This document shows, in pieces, positions 1 through 12,700 of a DNA stretch of 64,000 nucleotides. Source of the DNA: Lama guanicoe (lineage: Eukaryota); contig MU053216.1 in NCBI GenBank assembly GCA_013239625.1, positions 1,762,943 through 1,826,942 of the forward strand, in the 5' to 3' direction. The stretch's first letter is position 1; every line of letters begins with the position of its first letter. Both the position numbers and the translations under genes were made by a program. The notes under the pieces were generated by a model, which worked only from the letters and a program-made list of their open reading frames with translations, searched no databases and was not told where the DNA came from.

Positions 1-18
1 CCTTCTCAGCTGCAGGGA

Positions 19-184
19 NNNNNNNNNNNNNNNNNNNNNNNNNNNNNNNNNNNNNNNNNNNNNNNNNNNNNNNNNNNNNNNNNNNNNNNNNNNNNNNNNN
101 NNNNNNNNNNNNNNNNNNNNNNNNNNNNNNNNNNNNNNNNNNNNNNNNNNNNNNNNNNNNNNNNNNNNNNNNNNNNNNNNNNNN
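19..184. other. Assembly gap (N run)
   Basis: Run of N. Confidence 1.
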
Positions 185-1928
185 AAACATCAGATTTTTC
201 TTTCGGAGTCTCGTGTTCTAGTCATTCTCCCAGAGTGCCCACTTGCCTCCATTGTAGATATTTTTGGCCATAGAACCACACATGAGGTTGCTTTGCTGAA
301 CGTATGGTCTACATGGGGCTGCGTGCATGGGCTTCAGGTTCAGTATTTTTGTGTGCATGTGCTTTTTCCCATGGAGGGGGTTCAGGGCTCACACAACATT
401 CCTCAGAGGCCCTGGGAGCTCCCCGCCCTATCCGTGAGAAGCATTTATGACCCTAACATAAATGCCACACGGAGACAAGTTTTCCTCTCCCTGGCATGTC
501 TTTCCTTACAAGGCCGAGAGGTGGCAGCATAGACACCAGCCTGCAGTTGCCCATTGTCCAGACCCGAGAGAACTTTCAGGGGTGAAATATAAGGATGGGG
601 ATCCCGTCAGTAGCCTTGCTCTGGCTCACATAGATGCTGGATGTGTGTCCCATCAAACCGCCCTCGAATATTCCTGAAGCGGGAGAGCAAGGCTGAAGGA
701 GCAGTTCTGAACTTAAAGAAGGTCACGCTGGTTGAAAGACAGCACTTGGTGTCCATTTATTAGGGAGCTGAGCACCTGCCAGAGAAGCACAGAGCTCGGT
801 CGTTGGCTGGAGCAAAAACGCTTACACACTGTAAAATCAAATGTAATTTCCCAAGCCATGATTAATACTTGATTTTACTACAGAACATCATTGCTTAAAG
901 ACTGTATAGCCTGCCTTAAGAAATTACTTTTTCCGAACAGAAAAAGACTTTAGTTTCGTAGATTCAAAACTCTCTTTTAAAAATTCTTCCACTCCTTGGG
1001 GGGTTGAAAATAACAGAAAAAGAGGAAGCTGTCTGACACATGTAGATTCAGAGGATTTTTATTTTGATAATTAAGTATCACTTTCATTTTCTGTGAAAGT
1101 GCGACAAGCACGGATCTTGGCTTACAAACTCCTAACCAGATGTGCGTGGGCGACTTTGACTTTAAACACATCTAGCCGATTTGAATATGAGCATTTTAAG
1201 TAGCAGTTGCTGGGTCTTAGCTCGGCTGAGTACAGGGAGATTTCTCAGGGTAAACTCGCTTGCTTAATGGTAAATGTGATGTGATACTAGTCATTCTTAG
1301 TGATAAAATTAAGCCTGTGCTTCTGTCTTCAGAAGCAACCGTGTGGCGGGCCTAGAGGAAATCTATTTTGCCTATCATTTCCACCCCTTTTAAAAGTCTC
1401 CCTAAGACTCATAATTATTAGGTAACAGACAGCAAATATGCACATTCTCAGGCTACTCTGTGTGGGAGAGGCTGCTAGATAGATGGGCCTGGTGGCATTT
1501 GACAAATATCAACAGATGTAATGCAAATTTTGTGGGTGGAATAGAATCTGAGAAATATTGGCCAGCCTGTTTGGACTCATTTTTCACAGTCCAGTTTAAA
1601 CTGTGAGGCTCCCTTGAAGCAGAAAATAATCTCCTGGGGTAAAACAGGAACAAAGTGTTTACAGTGTAAGTCTAGATTCTCTTGGATAATAAGTAACTGG
1701 CAGGGCCGTTAGTTGATCAGTTAATTAACTAATTGATTAGTATTTATGGGGCATCTGTTTTTTGCTTAGTGTTTCTGCCAGGCGTTTAGAGGAATATGAG
1801 ACAAATTTAATGCATAATTTCTTAGCTATAGTCATGTTACCTTTTGTGCCTTAATGGGTGTGTAGGGGCAGAAAGTGTCCTACAGGGAGCCAAGGACGGG
1901 AAGGGGCATCTAAGGGCAATTTGTTAAG

Positions 1929-2096
1929 TTATTTTGGGGGGAGGTGAGGGGATTTATTAATTTACTTCAAAAAATTATTTTTTGAGGGGGGAGGTAATTG
2001 GGTTTATTTATTTGTTTTGTAACAGAGGTGCTGGGGATTGAACCTAGGGCCTTATGCGTGTTAGGCACTTGCTCTACCACTGAGCTGCACTCTCCC
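1929..2096 (-). mobile_element. Camelid tRNA-Ala-derived SINE (Vic-1 type) with partly duplicated tail
   Basis: Reverse complement reads GGGAGAGTGCAGCTCAGTGGTAGAGC...CTAGGTTCAATCCCCAGCACCTC (Pol III A and B boxes), then an AAATAAACCCAATTACCTCCCC tail. Confidence 0.9.
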
Positions 2097-2223
2097 TTGC
2101 TTAGTGTTTTAATGTAAATACTTTTCTCGCACTTTCTGCAGAATCCCTGGTGGAAGAGCACTAAACGCAGCTCTTTTCATCGGGCTGCTCCTCACTTCCT
2201 GTTACATGGAGTGCTTGACATAC

Positions 2224-2380
2224 CCGCAGCTCCTGTTATGAATTGTTTTCATTGAGTAAAAACTGGTCCAGATGGACCACAGTTTGAGCAGCCCTGAGGC
2301 CGCAAGTTTGACTTTCTTGTTCTCAGAAACAGAACAAACATGACAAACATCACACCAGGTGATGTCTGTGGGCTTTTTCT
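2224..2380 (-). ncRNA. Candidate internal exon (157 nt) of a leftward transcript from the CpG island (5'UTR or lncRNA)
   Basis: Minus-strand acceptor ttttttgcaccttctgtccttgtggcag| and donor GCGG|gtatgt. No recognisable protein. Confidence 0.4.
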
Positions 2381-2751
2381 CTGCCACAAGGACAGAAGGT
2401 GCAAAAAAGGCTTGTCCACCATGCAGACCTTCTGGCAGCGCCGAGTCTGTTGAGGTGCATGGCTGTCTTTTGGGGACACAGGTGGGGCTCAAGCAGTAGA
2501 ATAGGTTTGGACCGGTGGCCCTTTCTCCTGGCGCATGGCATTCACTTCCAAGAACACTGCCGGAGGCTCCACCTAGGGCACGAGTTTTAAATAGTTCAGG
2601 TGTGTATTTATGGCTGAGGAGAGTCTGACTCACAAAGAAGGAACCTGCCACACTTCGGGCTGTAGTTCCCATGGGAGAAAAGGGATATTTCTGAAACCTC
2701 CTTATTCTGCGTAGTTTCAGGGTTTGACCCAGTGTCTGTTCCTATATATAA

Positions 2752-3340
2752 TCTTCCAGTTTTATTGAGATATAATTGACATACAGCACTGTCTAAATTT
2801 AAGGCGTACAGCACAATGATTTGGCTGACATACATCATGAAATGATTATGACAGTGAGTTTAGAGAACATCCATCATCTCCTATAGATATGAAATTGAAG
2901 ATGAGAACTCTGGATTTAGTCTCTTAACAACTTTTTTTATAACAATTACAGTGCTGTTAATCATATTTATCACAGTGCACATTTCATCCCTAGCACTTAT
3001 AACTGGACGTTTGTACCTTTTGACCACCTTCATCGAAATCCCCCTTGCCACACCCTGATCCTCTCTGGCCATCACCTGTTTGTTCTCTGTACCTTTAACT
3101 CTGTTTCTGTTTTGTTATATGTTTGTTCATTTGTTTTTTAGATTTCACATAAAAGTAAGATCATATAGTAATTGTCTTTCTGTGTCTGATTTATTTCACT
3201 AAGCATAATGCTGTCCAGGTCCATTCACATTGTCAAAATGGCAAGATTTATTTCATTCTTTTTTATGGCTGAGTAATAATCTATCATATTGAGAGATACA
3301 CCACATCTTCTTTGTCAATTTATCTATTGATTGTTCACCT
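2752..3340 (-). mobile_element. L1 (L1MA/cetartiodactyl-type) 3' end fragment
   Basis: ttttattgagatataattgacatac...tagatttcacataaaagtaagatcatatagt...tggctgagtaata matches the antisense L1 3'UTR and ORF2 end. Confidence 0.85.
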
Positions 3341-5125
3341 AGATATTTAAAGCATTTTTTTAACACTGTGGATTTATGAAATTCACAAAGAGCAATTAGG
3401 ATCCGCTTCCTCTTCGTTCTCTAAAAAATATTCTGCTGCTGCATCTTGACTTATCACAGTTTTCTATGACCTGTTCCATATATTAGACTGTTTAAGTCAT
3501 GTGTACCCCACGTCATCCTAGAAATAGAAGTTCCACAGTACATTAACAAGTCTTCCTGGATAAAGGTTCCACGTGCAAATTTGGGAAATACTGAACTCCA
3601 CCAAGTTCAGCAGGTTTCTTGACGGTTAGCCTTAATGTGGTCTGTAAACATAGGAAGGGGCAAATGAGCAGGGTTTCCTAAGTGCGTTGGCCAAATTCCT
3701 TTCCACCAATGATCTTACAGGACTGGCACTGGAAGAACCACGCTTCTGGAAAAATATGTTTATGGATTTGGTCATGTTTAAAAAGATTTTATCAGAGGAC
3801 AAGTGGGAAAGGTGTACAGAGGAAAAGTGGACCTAGGGAAGGCAAAAGATGTAAAGAGGCCTGTTTTGAAGGGTAATTGGCATGAAAAGGTGCATCATTT
3901 TGGAAAACTTCTTTAAATTATACATCTTATCTTTTGTTCACCCCCAAATAACCTAAGACCAAAAAGGCAACAGGGAGGTCTAAGATAGTGAATGAAAATA
4001 TTGCAAGAAAATGTATTTTTAGAAGGTGCATTTAGGATTACAAATTGGTGAAAGTGTAAAGAAGCATCTAACATAGCGCCCAGTCCCAGGCACAATTTAA
4101 AATAAGGATCTCTGTTCCTATATCTCAGTGCTTTGAAAACACTGCATTTCTACATACAGGCTGGGTGGCCTTTCATGTTTAATTTAACAACGGAAACCAT
4201 GACGACAATAGCGTATGGATAGGAAGACCATCCTCCTGAATGAACAAACCAGGTCATCGTCAAGCAGTTTTATTTAACGGGAATCCGCGGGAGGTCCCTT
4301 AGAGAGAAACGGCCCTTCTCTTGTGGAAAAGACTGCCGGAAGGAAGCAACGGCCCGCTGCTGCGCACAGCGAGGGGAGCGAGCACGAAAACCGGCCGCGG
4401 GAGCCAGGCTCGTCCACACCTCCGCCCTGGCCCGGCTCCGGAGCAGCAGCCGCTTCCCCTCGCTCCCCGCTCTGCGGCTCCGCTGGAGGGGCCTGGGGGC
4501 TTATGGATAGACGTCCACAGTAGACGATCGAGTAAAAAACCCACCAAAACATGAACAGCAAGCGTGTCTAAACTGTAAGAATCCTTACTGATGGGGCTCC
4601 TAGTACAAGGGAGACTGAAGTTCTAACTTTGACTCCCTGCGGGCGGGGGGTCCTGCCTGGTGCGGAAGGTAGGCCCGTGGTGCTGGGAACCACCCTGGAG
4701 ACCCACTTCCAGCACTTTTCTGGGCGCGGAGCCTGGGAGCCAGGGTGGACGTGCCGGTGGGTTCCAGAGCACCGGAGGCGGGAAGCCCCGACTTGCACTT
4801 CCTCCGGAGCGAGCATAACCTTTGTAACAGGTCGCACGATCAGGACAGTAATTCTTTGAGGGTGTAAATAAAAGTCACACCAAGACAGCAATGCCGACGG
4901 GCCCGGTGCCCCACGGCGCTCTGCGGGCCGCAGAAGCTCGGAAACGCGCGGGTTCATTTTCGGTTTCCCATTTGCAGGAGCTCGCTCCCCAGGGGCAGCC
5001 CCGCCGCCCGCGCGCCCGCCTGGCTCTGCGCTCCGGGCGCGCTCCCCGCGGGGCTGGCGGGAGCGCGCGGGGCGGGCGGGATGCCGTCGAACACGAGTAG
5101 TCTTAACCCCCGGTGGCTGAAGCGG

Positions 5126-5137
5126 CCTTACCCGCAG
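5126..5137 (-). other. Candidate first-exon 5' splice site of the minus-strand transcript (exon would end at 5132)
   Basis: Reverse complement CTGCGG|GTAAGG, ~450 bp downstream (minus sense) of the GC-box cluster. Confidence 0.45.
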
Positions 5138-6099
5138 AGAGATGCGGTGGCAGCGGGCCCGCGGAGGAAACCACCCAGGACGTCCACGGGCCGCCGGCGA
5201 ACGCGAGCCCAGGTACCCGTGCGCTCCCCTGGCCGGGCCTCGCGCGGCCTCAGTCCGGCGTGAACAAGGCCTCGGGAAAGTGCTGGGGGAAGGAGGCGTC
5301 GGGGGAAGGGGGCGCCCCGCGCTGTGAGCCTTCGGCGTCTCACAGAAAACCACGGGCGGCGCTGACCCCCGAGGGTCAGAAGGAGGGTGGCCCGCGACCC
5401 CGACCACAGCCGTCCCACTCTCTCCTTCTGAGGACTCCCCCACCCCCAACGTGCGGGGCCCGGGAGGTGGCGGCCGTGGGCTCGGCCCCGGGCTGTGGCC
5501 GTCGGGGCCTGCGAGCCGGGCCCCGAGCGAGCGCGTGGCGGCGCGGCGGGGCCCGGGTGCGCACGCAGCTCCGGGGCGCCGAATCGGGGCGGGGCCGCCT
5601 CGGGGGCGGGGCTCGTGGTGGCGGGGCCCGCTCCTCGCGCCGCCGCCGTGTCGCCCTGGAGCGCGTTCCACGGCCGCGCGGGCGGGAGGCGGAGGAGGGT
5701 CGGGCGCGGGTGGGCGGGGGGTCCAGGCCGAGCTCCGCCCGCTGACCCGTTAAGCCGCTGACCGGGGAGCCCGGCTGTCTCTGGCCGCGGCAGCCCGGTT
5801 TCTTTGCGGGAACGGAACGGGTCCCGGGCTACGAGGAGAGTGACGGGGCGACGCCGGGACCCCTCCCGCGGGCGGGCGCGGCGCGGCGCGGGGCGAGGGC
5901 AGAGGCCCGGCCCGTCCTCCCCGAGGAGCGCACCGGCCGCCCCGCACCCGGGTTCCCCCGCGCGGGGCTGACACCGCGTCCCCTTTCCCCGGATGGACGC
6001 AGACACGGCCCTGCCACGGCCCCGCCGGTGCACCGAGGACCGCGGGGCACTGGCTCCCCGCTCTCACGCTCCCCTCGGCGTGTGCTGGGAGCCGGCTGT

Positions 6100-6722
6100 C
6101 GCGCGCGCGCGCGCGTGTGTGTGGTGTGTGTAGACTAGTGACTGTGGTGAGTGTGATGTGTGTGTGATGGATGTGTAGTGTGATGTGTGTGGCGTGTGTG
6201 TGTAATGTGTGTGGTGTGTGTGGAGTGTGAGTGATGTGGGTATGAGATGAGTGTGATACGTGTGTGATGTGGGTGTGAGTGATGTGTGAGTGGTGTGGTG
6301 AGTATGTGTGTGGAGTGTGTGATAAGTGTGTAGTGAGTGTGGTGACTGTGGTGTGTGTGTGATGTGTGTGGTGAGTGTGATGTGGGAGTGGTGACTGGTG
6401 TTGGTGTGGAGAGTGTGATGGGTATGAAGTGTGATATGTGTGTGGCATGTGTGTGATGTGTGTGGAGTGTGAGTGTAGTGAGTGTGTGTAGGGTGTGTAG
6501 TGAGTGTATGGTGAGGGTGATGTGTATGTGTGGTGTGTGTGTTATGAGTGTGATATGTGTGTGATGTGTGGTGTGGTGAGTATGATGTGTGTGATGCGTG
6601 TGGTGTGTATGGTGTGTGTGCTATGTGTGTGGCGTGTGTGTGTGATGCGTGTGTGGTGTGTGTGTGATGTGTGTGGTGAGTGTGATGTGGGTGGTGCGTA
6701 TGATGTGGGTGTGTGTGGCGTG
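6100..6722 (+). repeat. (CG)8 followed by a ~600-bp degenerate TG-rich low-complexity tract
   Basis: Directly visible cgcgcgcgcgcgcgcg then gtgtgtgatgtgtgtggtg... repeats. Confidence 0.97.
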
Positions 6723-9700
6723 TGCAGGCCCGGTGGGCAGGGCAGCTGGTCGGTCGGTCGGTCGGAGGGTAGCGGTCTGTCTCGGGGCGGAGGGAAGGGG
6801 AGGCTGGCGGTGTTGGAGGTCCGGGCGGGAAGGAGAGGCGCCGCAGGGGTGTGGGGAGCTCCGTGGGGTCCGAGGGGGCTTTGGCCGCGCGGACTCCCCG
6901 AGGCGTGGATGGAGAGCGGGGCCTGGGACGGGGGACCTGGGCCAGGCTGCGGCGCTGGGCGGGGGAAGCGGGCCTGGCAGCCGCGCTGGGTCCGGGACCG
7001 ACCGGCCGGCCGGGCCGGGACGCCGGAGGACCGAGCCCGGGTGCTGAGCGCAGGGGCCTGCGGGGGGGCGCGGGCTCCCAGGCCTGCTGAGGGTTTTGTC
7101 AATCAGGAGCAGGTTTATTAATGCTTTTGTTGGGCGTGTGCGAGGTGGGAGGTAGGGAGGCGGGGGCGGCCTGGGCGCTGCGGCGGGGACCACGGTTCCG
7201 AAGGGCACACCCAGGTGAGAGCCAGGTGTCCGGGCTGCCGCCGCCGTCCCGGGGTGAGGAGCAGGCTGGTGGGGGGACAGTGGGGGCACACTTGCCTTCT
7301 CATCGCTCCGGGCTTCCTGGGCCCTGGAACCTGTCCCCTCATAGAAACCTTGTTAGAAAACGTGTCCGTCTTCCAAAGTGGGATCGTAAAGCCCGTTTAA
7401 TCCAGTGTGTCACGTCGTATCATAGCACATGACGTCCATTAACCCACAGCATGTCATAGCATGCCACAGCACAATTGGTATGAAAATTGCTAAGGCCATG
7501 TCTGAGAATTTAATGTCTGTGGGAAAATTCATTGCAAATTCCAAGTAATCAGCTAGGAACACCATGGCCAGCTGGGACTCTGGTGCGACATGGTTACACT
7601 GTGTATCCAGGGAACGTTTACCTGGAGAATACCTGTCTGGTTACACATGACCAGATATCATTTGAGCTGGCAAATGAGAAAAGGAATTTCTTTGCTGTAG
7701 CTTGTCTTTTATGTTTTTTATGGTTTAGAATTCAAAACACAGCAAATGTTCTTCTGTTACGTTTGTGTATAAACATACTTCTTTATCCTCGTAACTGAGG
7801 AGAAAATGTACTGCACTGACAGCATTTGCCGTGAATATCAGTTCGTGATCACTGGCCTTTTAAACTGGCCCTAGGATTGTTTCCCTGTCCTGGGATTTTG
7901 AAATCAATGGTTAACAGTTACGAGAGGTCACTCTAGATACTTGTCTGGATGAAAACTGCAGAGACCTCAGGCATGGAATGTTTAAAACATGAATCCTGTT
8001 GAATAGATATGAAGTTTTATTTGTTACCTTATGTTGCCTTTGTGGTTGTCATCATGAGCAGCAGCAGCATCACACCTGAGATTTATTAAATGCTCACTGT
8101 GTGCCTAGCGCCACACTTTGAGAACCTCTACCTTAGAAAACCTGTTACATTTTGCACCAAAACTAGTTACTGCCAAGCAATGTTTGTTAGAACTGCAGTA
8201 GCCATCATCCAAGAGTTTTGGTCAGTCAACAAGCATAAAGCACCGTACACGTACCAGATTCTGTGCCAGATGCTGGAGGATCTGTTCTGATTAAAATGAA
8301 TCCCTGTCAACATAGAGCTCAAGTCAGAAAGGCACATAATTAAACTAATAATTAAGCCAGTCATTCCAGGTATACAGAGGACTGTGTGGCGGAGTGCAGA
8401 GTGCTCTGCGGACACGTACTGGGGGACTGGTCCCTAGGGGAGGGTGTTCAGTGAGGGTTTGGAATCCAGACAAAATGGACAAGGTGGAGAAGCAGAGGCA
8501 GGGACACGACAGAAGTCAGATTGTTGGGGGTCTCAGAAGACCCCCCCACAAGGAGTTAGATCTTTAAGCCAAGAATGATCAGATTTACATTATATCATCA
8601 GACTTGTAAAACTTGTCAGTGGAGCAGAGAGACCAGATTGGAGGGGGCAGGGTCAGGGGGCTGGCTAGATGGTGTCTGCTGAGTCCAGGTGAGCTAGGCA
8701 AGGGCCCAGAAGAGGTGATAGCTTTGGGCTCAGAAGGAGATAAGGTATAAGATACACCATATTAATGACATTGATTCTGGAAATGTGTATATTTCCTGTA
8801 GTCATCTCTGAAATTTCAATAAGGCTTAGATTTGGCCATACTTCTTTTTTCTTTGAGGCACAAAAGACAGTGGCGTGTCTAACAACTGATGGCTCTTCTG
8901 TTAGGTGAAAAAGAAAAGTCTGCAGACTTGGGGTCCCAGAGGCTGAGGGGCTGAGGCGAAGTGGCCAGTTGAAGGGGCGGGTTGCTCTTCCAGTGAAGAA
9001 AAGGCACTTTGGCATAATTTAATTCTTAAAGTTTTTTTTTTAGTATGGCAAAGTCCAAGTTAGAAAAGTCATTATTTAATCTATACCAGGAGTTGAGCTG
9101 CCAATATTAAAGATTGTGAAGTAGGATATCTCGGTTTTAATCATTGATATTAGTTATAGGTTAATTGTTGATATTAAATGGTCTTTTGTTAATTTTACTA
9201 GCTCCTGTTTATTAATTGTTGCTGCTTTTATGTATAGACTTGACCCCTCAGTCTGCACGGCTCTCCCTTTCCTTAAGGCGGTATATTCGTGTTTCCTGCT
9301 GCCTTTAGTATTCCTTTCCGTCAGTTTTACTGCTTGTCTCTTGAGGACACAAGAACTTTCATTTCTATGTATCTGACCACTTGGTGATGCCAAATATTTG
9401 TCGTGTTGGTGTCTGGATGGCTCTGATGCTCTGCAAAGTCCTACCTTTCACGCCCACTTAGCAATCAAATTCAATATGATATTTGTCACAGAAAAGGAGT
9501 CAGTGCAGTTAAATACTGAGCAGCGTTAGTTGTCTGCCAGTTTCCCCAGCTTGGAGGGTGTTTTTCGCCCAAGAGCAACCAGCTTGCAGGTGATGGCATC
9601 AGTAGCCTGAATAGGAAGTTGGGACCCTGGGGGCCCAGCCTGTGGCGACACTGCCCACTGATGTCATTCTTTCTCCATCCTCCACGTAAACCTGACGGTG

Positions 9701-10237
9701 GTTCAGGTGCCTTACGCTGTGCTTCTGACCAAACAGTTCTCACTTAGTGGTTAGATGTTAAATTTCTAATGTTGCTTTGAAGATGATCATACTTATTTTT
9801 AAAAATATATGCAGTGTTTTTTTAAAACAGTTTCTGAGTGTTTTCCTTTGCTGCGGAATTGGTTTAACCACAGGCCTGGGAGGTTAACTGAGAACGACTG
9901 TGGGCATCTGTGAAAGTGGGTTCAGAGGATCCGTGACTCCTATTTTGAGGGGATCCTCGGATGATTCCCTTGTAATGTCACTTGCTTTTGGGAATCGGAA
10001 CTTTGGAGTTGCTGCTGAGTTACTCCCAGACTTGTCCTGCTCAGGAGGTGAAGCACTCTGTGTGAATAAAGGGAACTAAACTCGGAGTAAACAGTCCAAG
10101 TGGAAAGGACTCATTCGTCTCCCTCGGCTGCAAATACAGCGAGCGGTGCCTGATCGAAGTAATCCAGGTCTACGGTTGGCGCTCTCTGGCTACTGGAGTA
10201 GAGAATCCAGAAATATTAAAAAGTAAAACAGGATGAG

Positions 10238-10385
10238 GGGGGATGGTATAGCTCGGTGGCAGAGCACATGCTTAGCATGCACAAGGTCCTGGGTTCAATC
10301 CCCAGTACCTACATTAAAATAAATAAGTAAATAAACCTAATTACCTCCCCGCAAACAAAAATAACAACAAAACAAACAAACAAAA
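10238..10385 (+). mobile_element. Vic-1-type SINE with TSD
   Basis: tRNA-Ala-like head, AAATAAACCTAATTACCTCCCC tail and A-rich end. TSD TAAAACA(G/A)GATGAG at 10224-10237 and 10386-10399. Confidence 0.93.
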
Positions 10386-11219
10386 TAAAACAAGATGAGC
10401 TCCTGATAGTGGTGACCGCACGGATGGGCCCCCTCCAGCACGGCTCCGGTGCCTGCAGCCGTCAGTAACAATTCAGCAAATCCTGTCTGGGATTGTGTGC
10501 GCACCAGGGTATGTTGTTAGGGGGAAGAGCCGAGATGGATTTATTTAGAATGCAAGGAGTCGTTTTATTCGTCAGATGATCATGTTTATCTCATGAAACA
10601 AAACGGAGGCTGGTTAGTCCCTCGCTGCACTGGGGAGGATTACAACACTGTCACTCTTTTTATTTTTAGCTTTAAAACAGACTGTTACTGCACCAGCGCT
10701 CTTCCTATGCTGTGACGGGAGGGATGGACACCTGGGGAGTGAGCCCTCCTGAGATTGTGCCTCTGGCACCTGCTTTTAGGGTCTAGGAGAATGAGAGCTT
10801 TTTAACCAGGGGCACATGACGCAGCTTTCTGATTGCAAACATTAATAATTATAAACACCTGAGATTTTTATTGACTAATTTAAAAGTATCTAAGTACCTG
10901 GGTACTGCCTTTATCCTGAGAACACTGTTTCTCCAGAATACTTATCTCATTGTTGGTGATTCATGTTTATTGTTAACTAAGTAATAAAAAATTAAAAGCA
11001 TTTTTATAATAATGAATACATTATTTTTAATGAATGTACAAAAGGGCTGATGTTTTCGCTAGACAGAGAATTAGGGCTTGGGGCACTGGTGGGAAAAAAA
11101 TGGTCCCTGGTCAGCTGAAGCCAGGCTACCGGGGATTCTGCTTCATCTCTGTTGCAGGCTTCTTGGTACCACCCTCCAATGAGCCTCTCGTTACCACTGG
11201 TCTAGCCTCGGGTTCCATC

Positions 11220-11340
11220 GATCAAAGAACAGCTGTTAAGCGTGCAAAGCACCTTTGGTGGGTGAACAAAGCCTTTGTACAGAAGGATCTTCATGCAAAT
11301 GGGACTAGGTCGCTGTTCAAAGCCCAGACAGGGACAAAGA
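11220..11340. promoter_or_regulatory. Candidate enhancer: HMG-box (TCF/SOX), octamer and E-box cluster
   Basis: GATCAAAG 11220, AACAGCTGTT 11228, ACAAAGcCTTTGT 11266-11278, ATGCAAAT 11293-11300, TTCAAAG 11316, GACAAAG 11333. Confidence 0.4.
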
Positions 11341-11776
11341 AGGGCTCTGCTACAAAAATGGTGCCTCTGAGTGATGGAGAGAAGCTCCTCCCTGCCCCCG
11401 ACACACACAGCCCCTCAGGCGCAGACTGTGCCCCGGTTTCGACCCTGAGCCCGGTCCTCTGGGCTGACCCGGCTCCCATCAGGTGGCCCCACAGGCCTTC
11501 CTCCTGCCCACCTGCACTGTGCAGCTCAGACGCAGGAAGATTCAAGTGGATGAACTGTTTCACAATCAGGGCTCACCAAGAACGGGGGGCAGAGAAGAAC
11601 GGGTTGCAAGTTGATCATTTTTCTGGGGAAACAAACATGTGGCTGCAGCAGAACTTACATGAGAAAGCTTAGAATAATTAGGCGAAATAATGTCAAAGCT
11701 TCGAATAATTAAAATGCCTTTTCCCAGAAATTAGGTGGAATCCAAAAGTCCACTTGATGTTTGAAATCACATTCTT

Positions 11777-11911
11777 TTTTTTTTAATTCTTATTTTTTGT
11801 TGAAGTGTGGTTGATTTACAATGTTAGTTTCAGGTGTACAGCAAAGCAATTCAGTTATACATGTACAAACATATATTATTTTCAGATTCTTTTCCATTAC
11901 AGCTCATTGAC
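11777..11911 (-). mobile_element. 5'-truncated L1 3' tail with TSD
   Basis: ttgaagtgtggttgatttacaatgttagtttcaggtgtacagcaaag... TSD ATCACATTCTT at 11766-11776 and 11912-11922. Confidence 0.85.
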
Positions 11912-12389
11912 ATCACATTCTTGACATTAGTGGGGTGTAAAGTTGTTTTCAATGAAGTATCTAGCATGTTTAGTGCATGCACTCTGCCGTCAGAATCAAC
12001 CCCCTCATTTCTTGTATATTGTTTGAGTTCATTCATTTACTTTATTTATTTAGGAACTGGACTTGGACCTTATCTAGTTTCTTTCTCTCTTGGGAAAGTA
12101 GTAAGTTTTCATTTCCATTATCTCATTAAAATTACGTTATTAAATGTATATGACATAAAAGTCATATATTTGTTAAGCAAAATAAAGGATTGAGAAATGA
12201 TACGGTATAACAAAAAAGACTAGTATTTCTAATTAGAAGTTGGCCATTCTGTAACTGAGTAACCACTTTGTACCTCAAATCTTCTTAGCTAGAAAAGGAG
12301 GGATTTGCAAAGGTTTAAGACTGTCTTATGGACAAAAGGTTTTCCAGTGAATTTTACTTTTATGTAGCGACCCGCCCCTTCCTTCCCTG

Positions 12390-12700
12390 TGTTCCCATGT
12401 AAGTGTGGTGTGTGATTTCACTCTGGCCAGTGGGATGTCAACAGAAATCTGTTGAAGACACTCCTCCCCCTTCTCTGTCCCTTCCTTCATCCTGCTCCTC
12501 CCGCTGCCATCCTGGAGCGTGAGGATGGGGAGAGGGCCACATCCTAGACGTGCCTCGGGGGGTTCGGAGGAACCAGGTCGTGAGGGCTTCCTGGAGGTGC
12601 GCTTCCGCACTGGCCTTGGCTGCCACCTCTGGGCTTCTACATGAAAACAGATTCAGCTTTTCTTAAGCCTTCTGTTTTGCCTCTGTTATCATCCTTTATT
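12390..12700 (+). mobile_element. MaLR LTR fragment (MLT1J-like)
   Basis: tgtgatttcactctggccagtgggatgtcaacagaa...gctgccatcctggagcgtgagg...ttaagcc matches the MLT1 pattern. Confidence 0.6.

Larger units (their letters stand above)
4280..7330. promoter_or_regulatory. Promoter-type CpG island (probably bidirectional), interrupted by a TG-rich tract
   Basis: Very high GC and CpG over ~3 kb of non-repeat sequence. Clustered GC boxes (GGGGCGGGGC) at ~5585-5630. Outward-facing splice donors on both strands. Confidence 0.88.

Noticed and set aside
4568-6033. Long overlapping ORFs (367, 301 and 210 aa) in the CpG island
   Set aside because: They are R/G/P/A-rich, occur in several frames on both strands, and have no recognisable domain. 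This is expected from stop-codon depletion at very high GC.
5750-7289. His/Thr-rich and Val/Cys-rich ORFs
   Set aside because: These are translations of the TG/CA low-complexity tract.
4280-7330. Assigning a gene symbol to the promoter
   Set aside because: No coding sequence or recognisable UTR is present, so any name would be a guess.
11034-11672. 212-aa ATG-initiated ORF
   Set aside because: No recognisable homology or convincing exon structure. The segment is better explained as a motif-rich non-coding element, although a BLASTP check is cheap.
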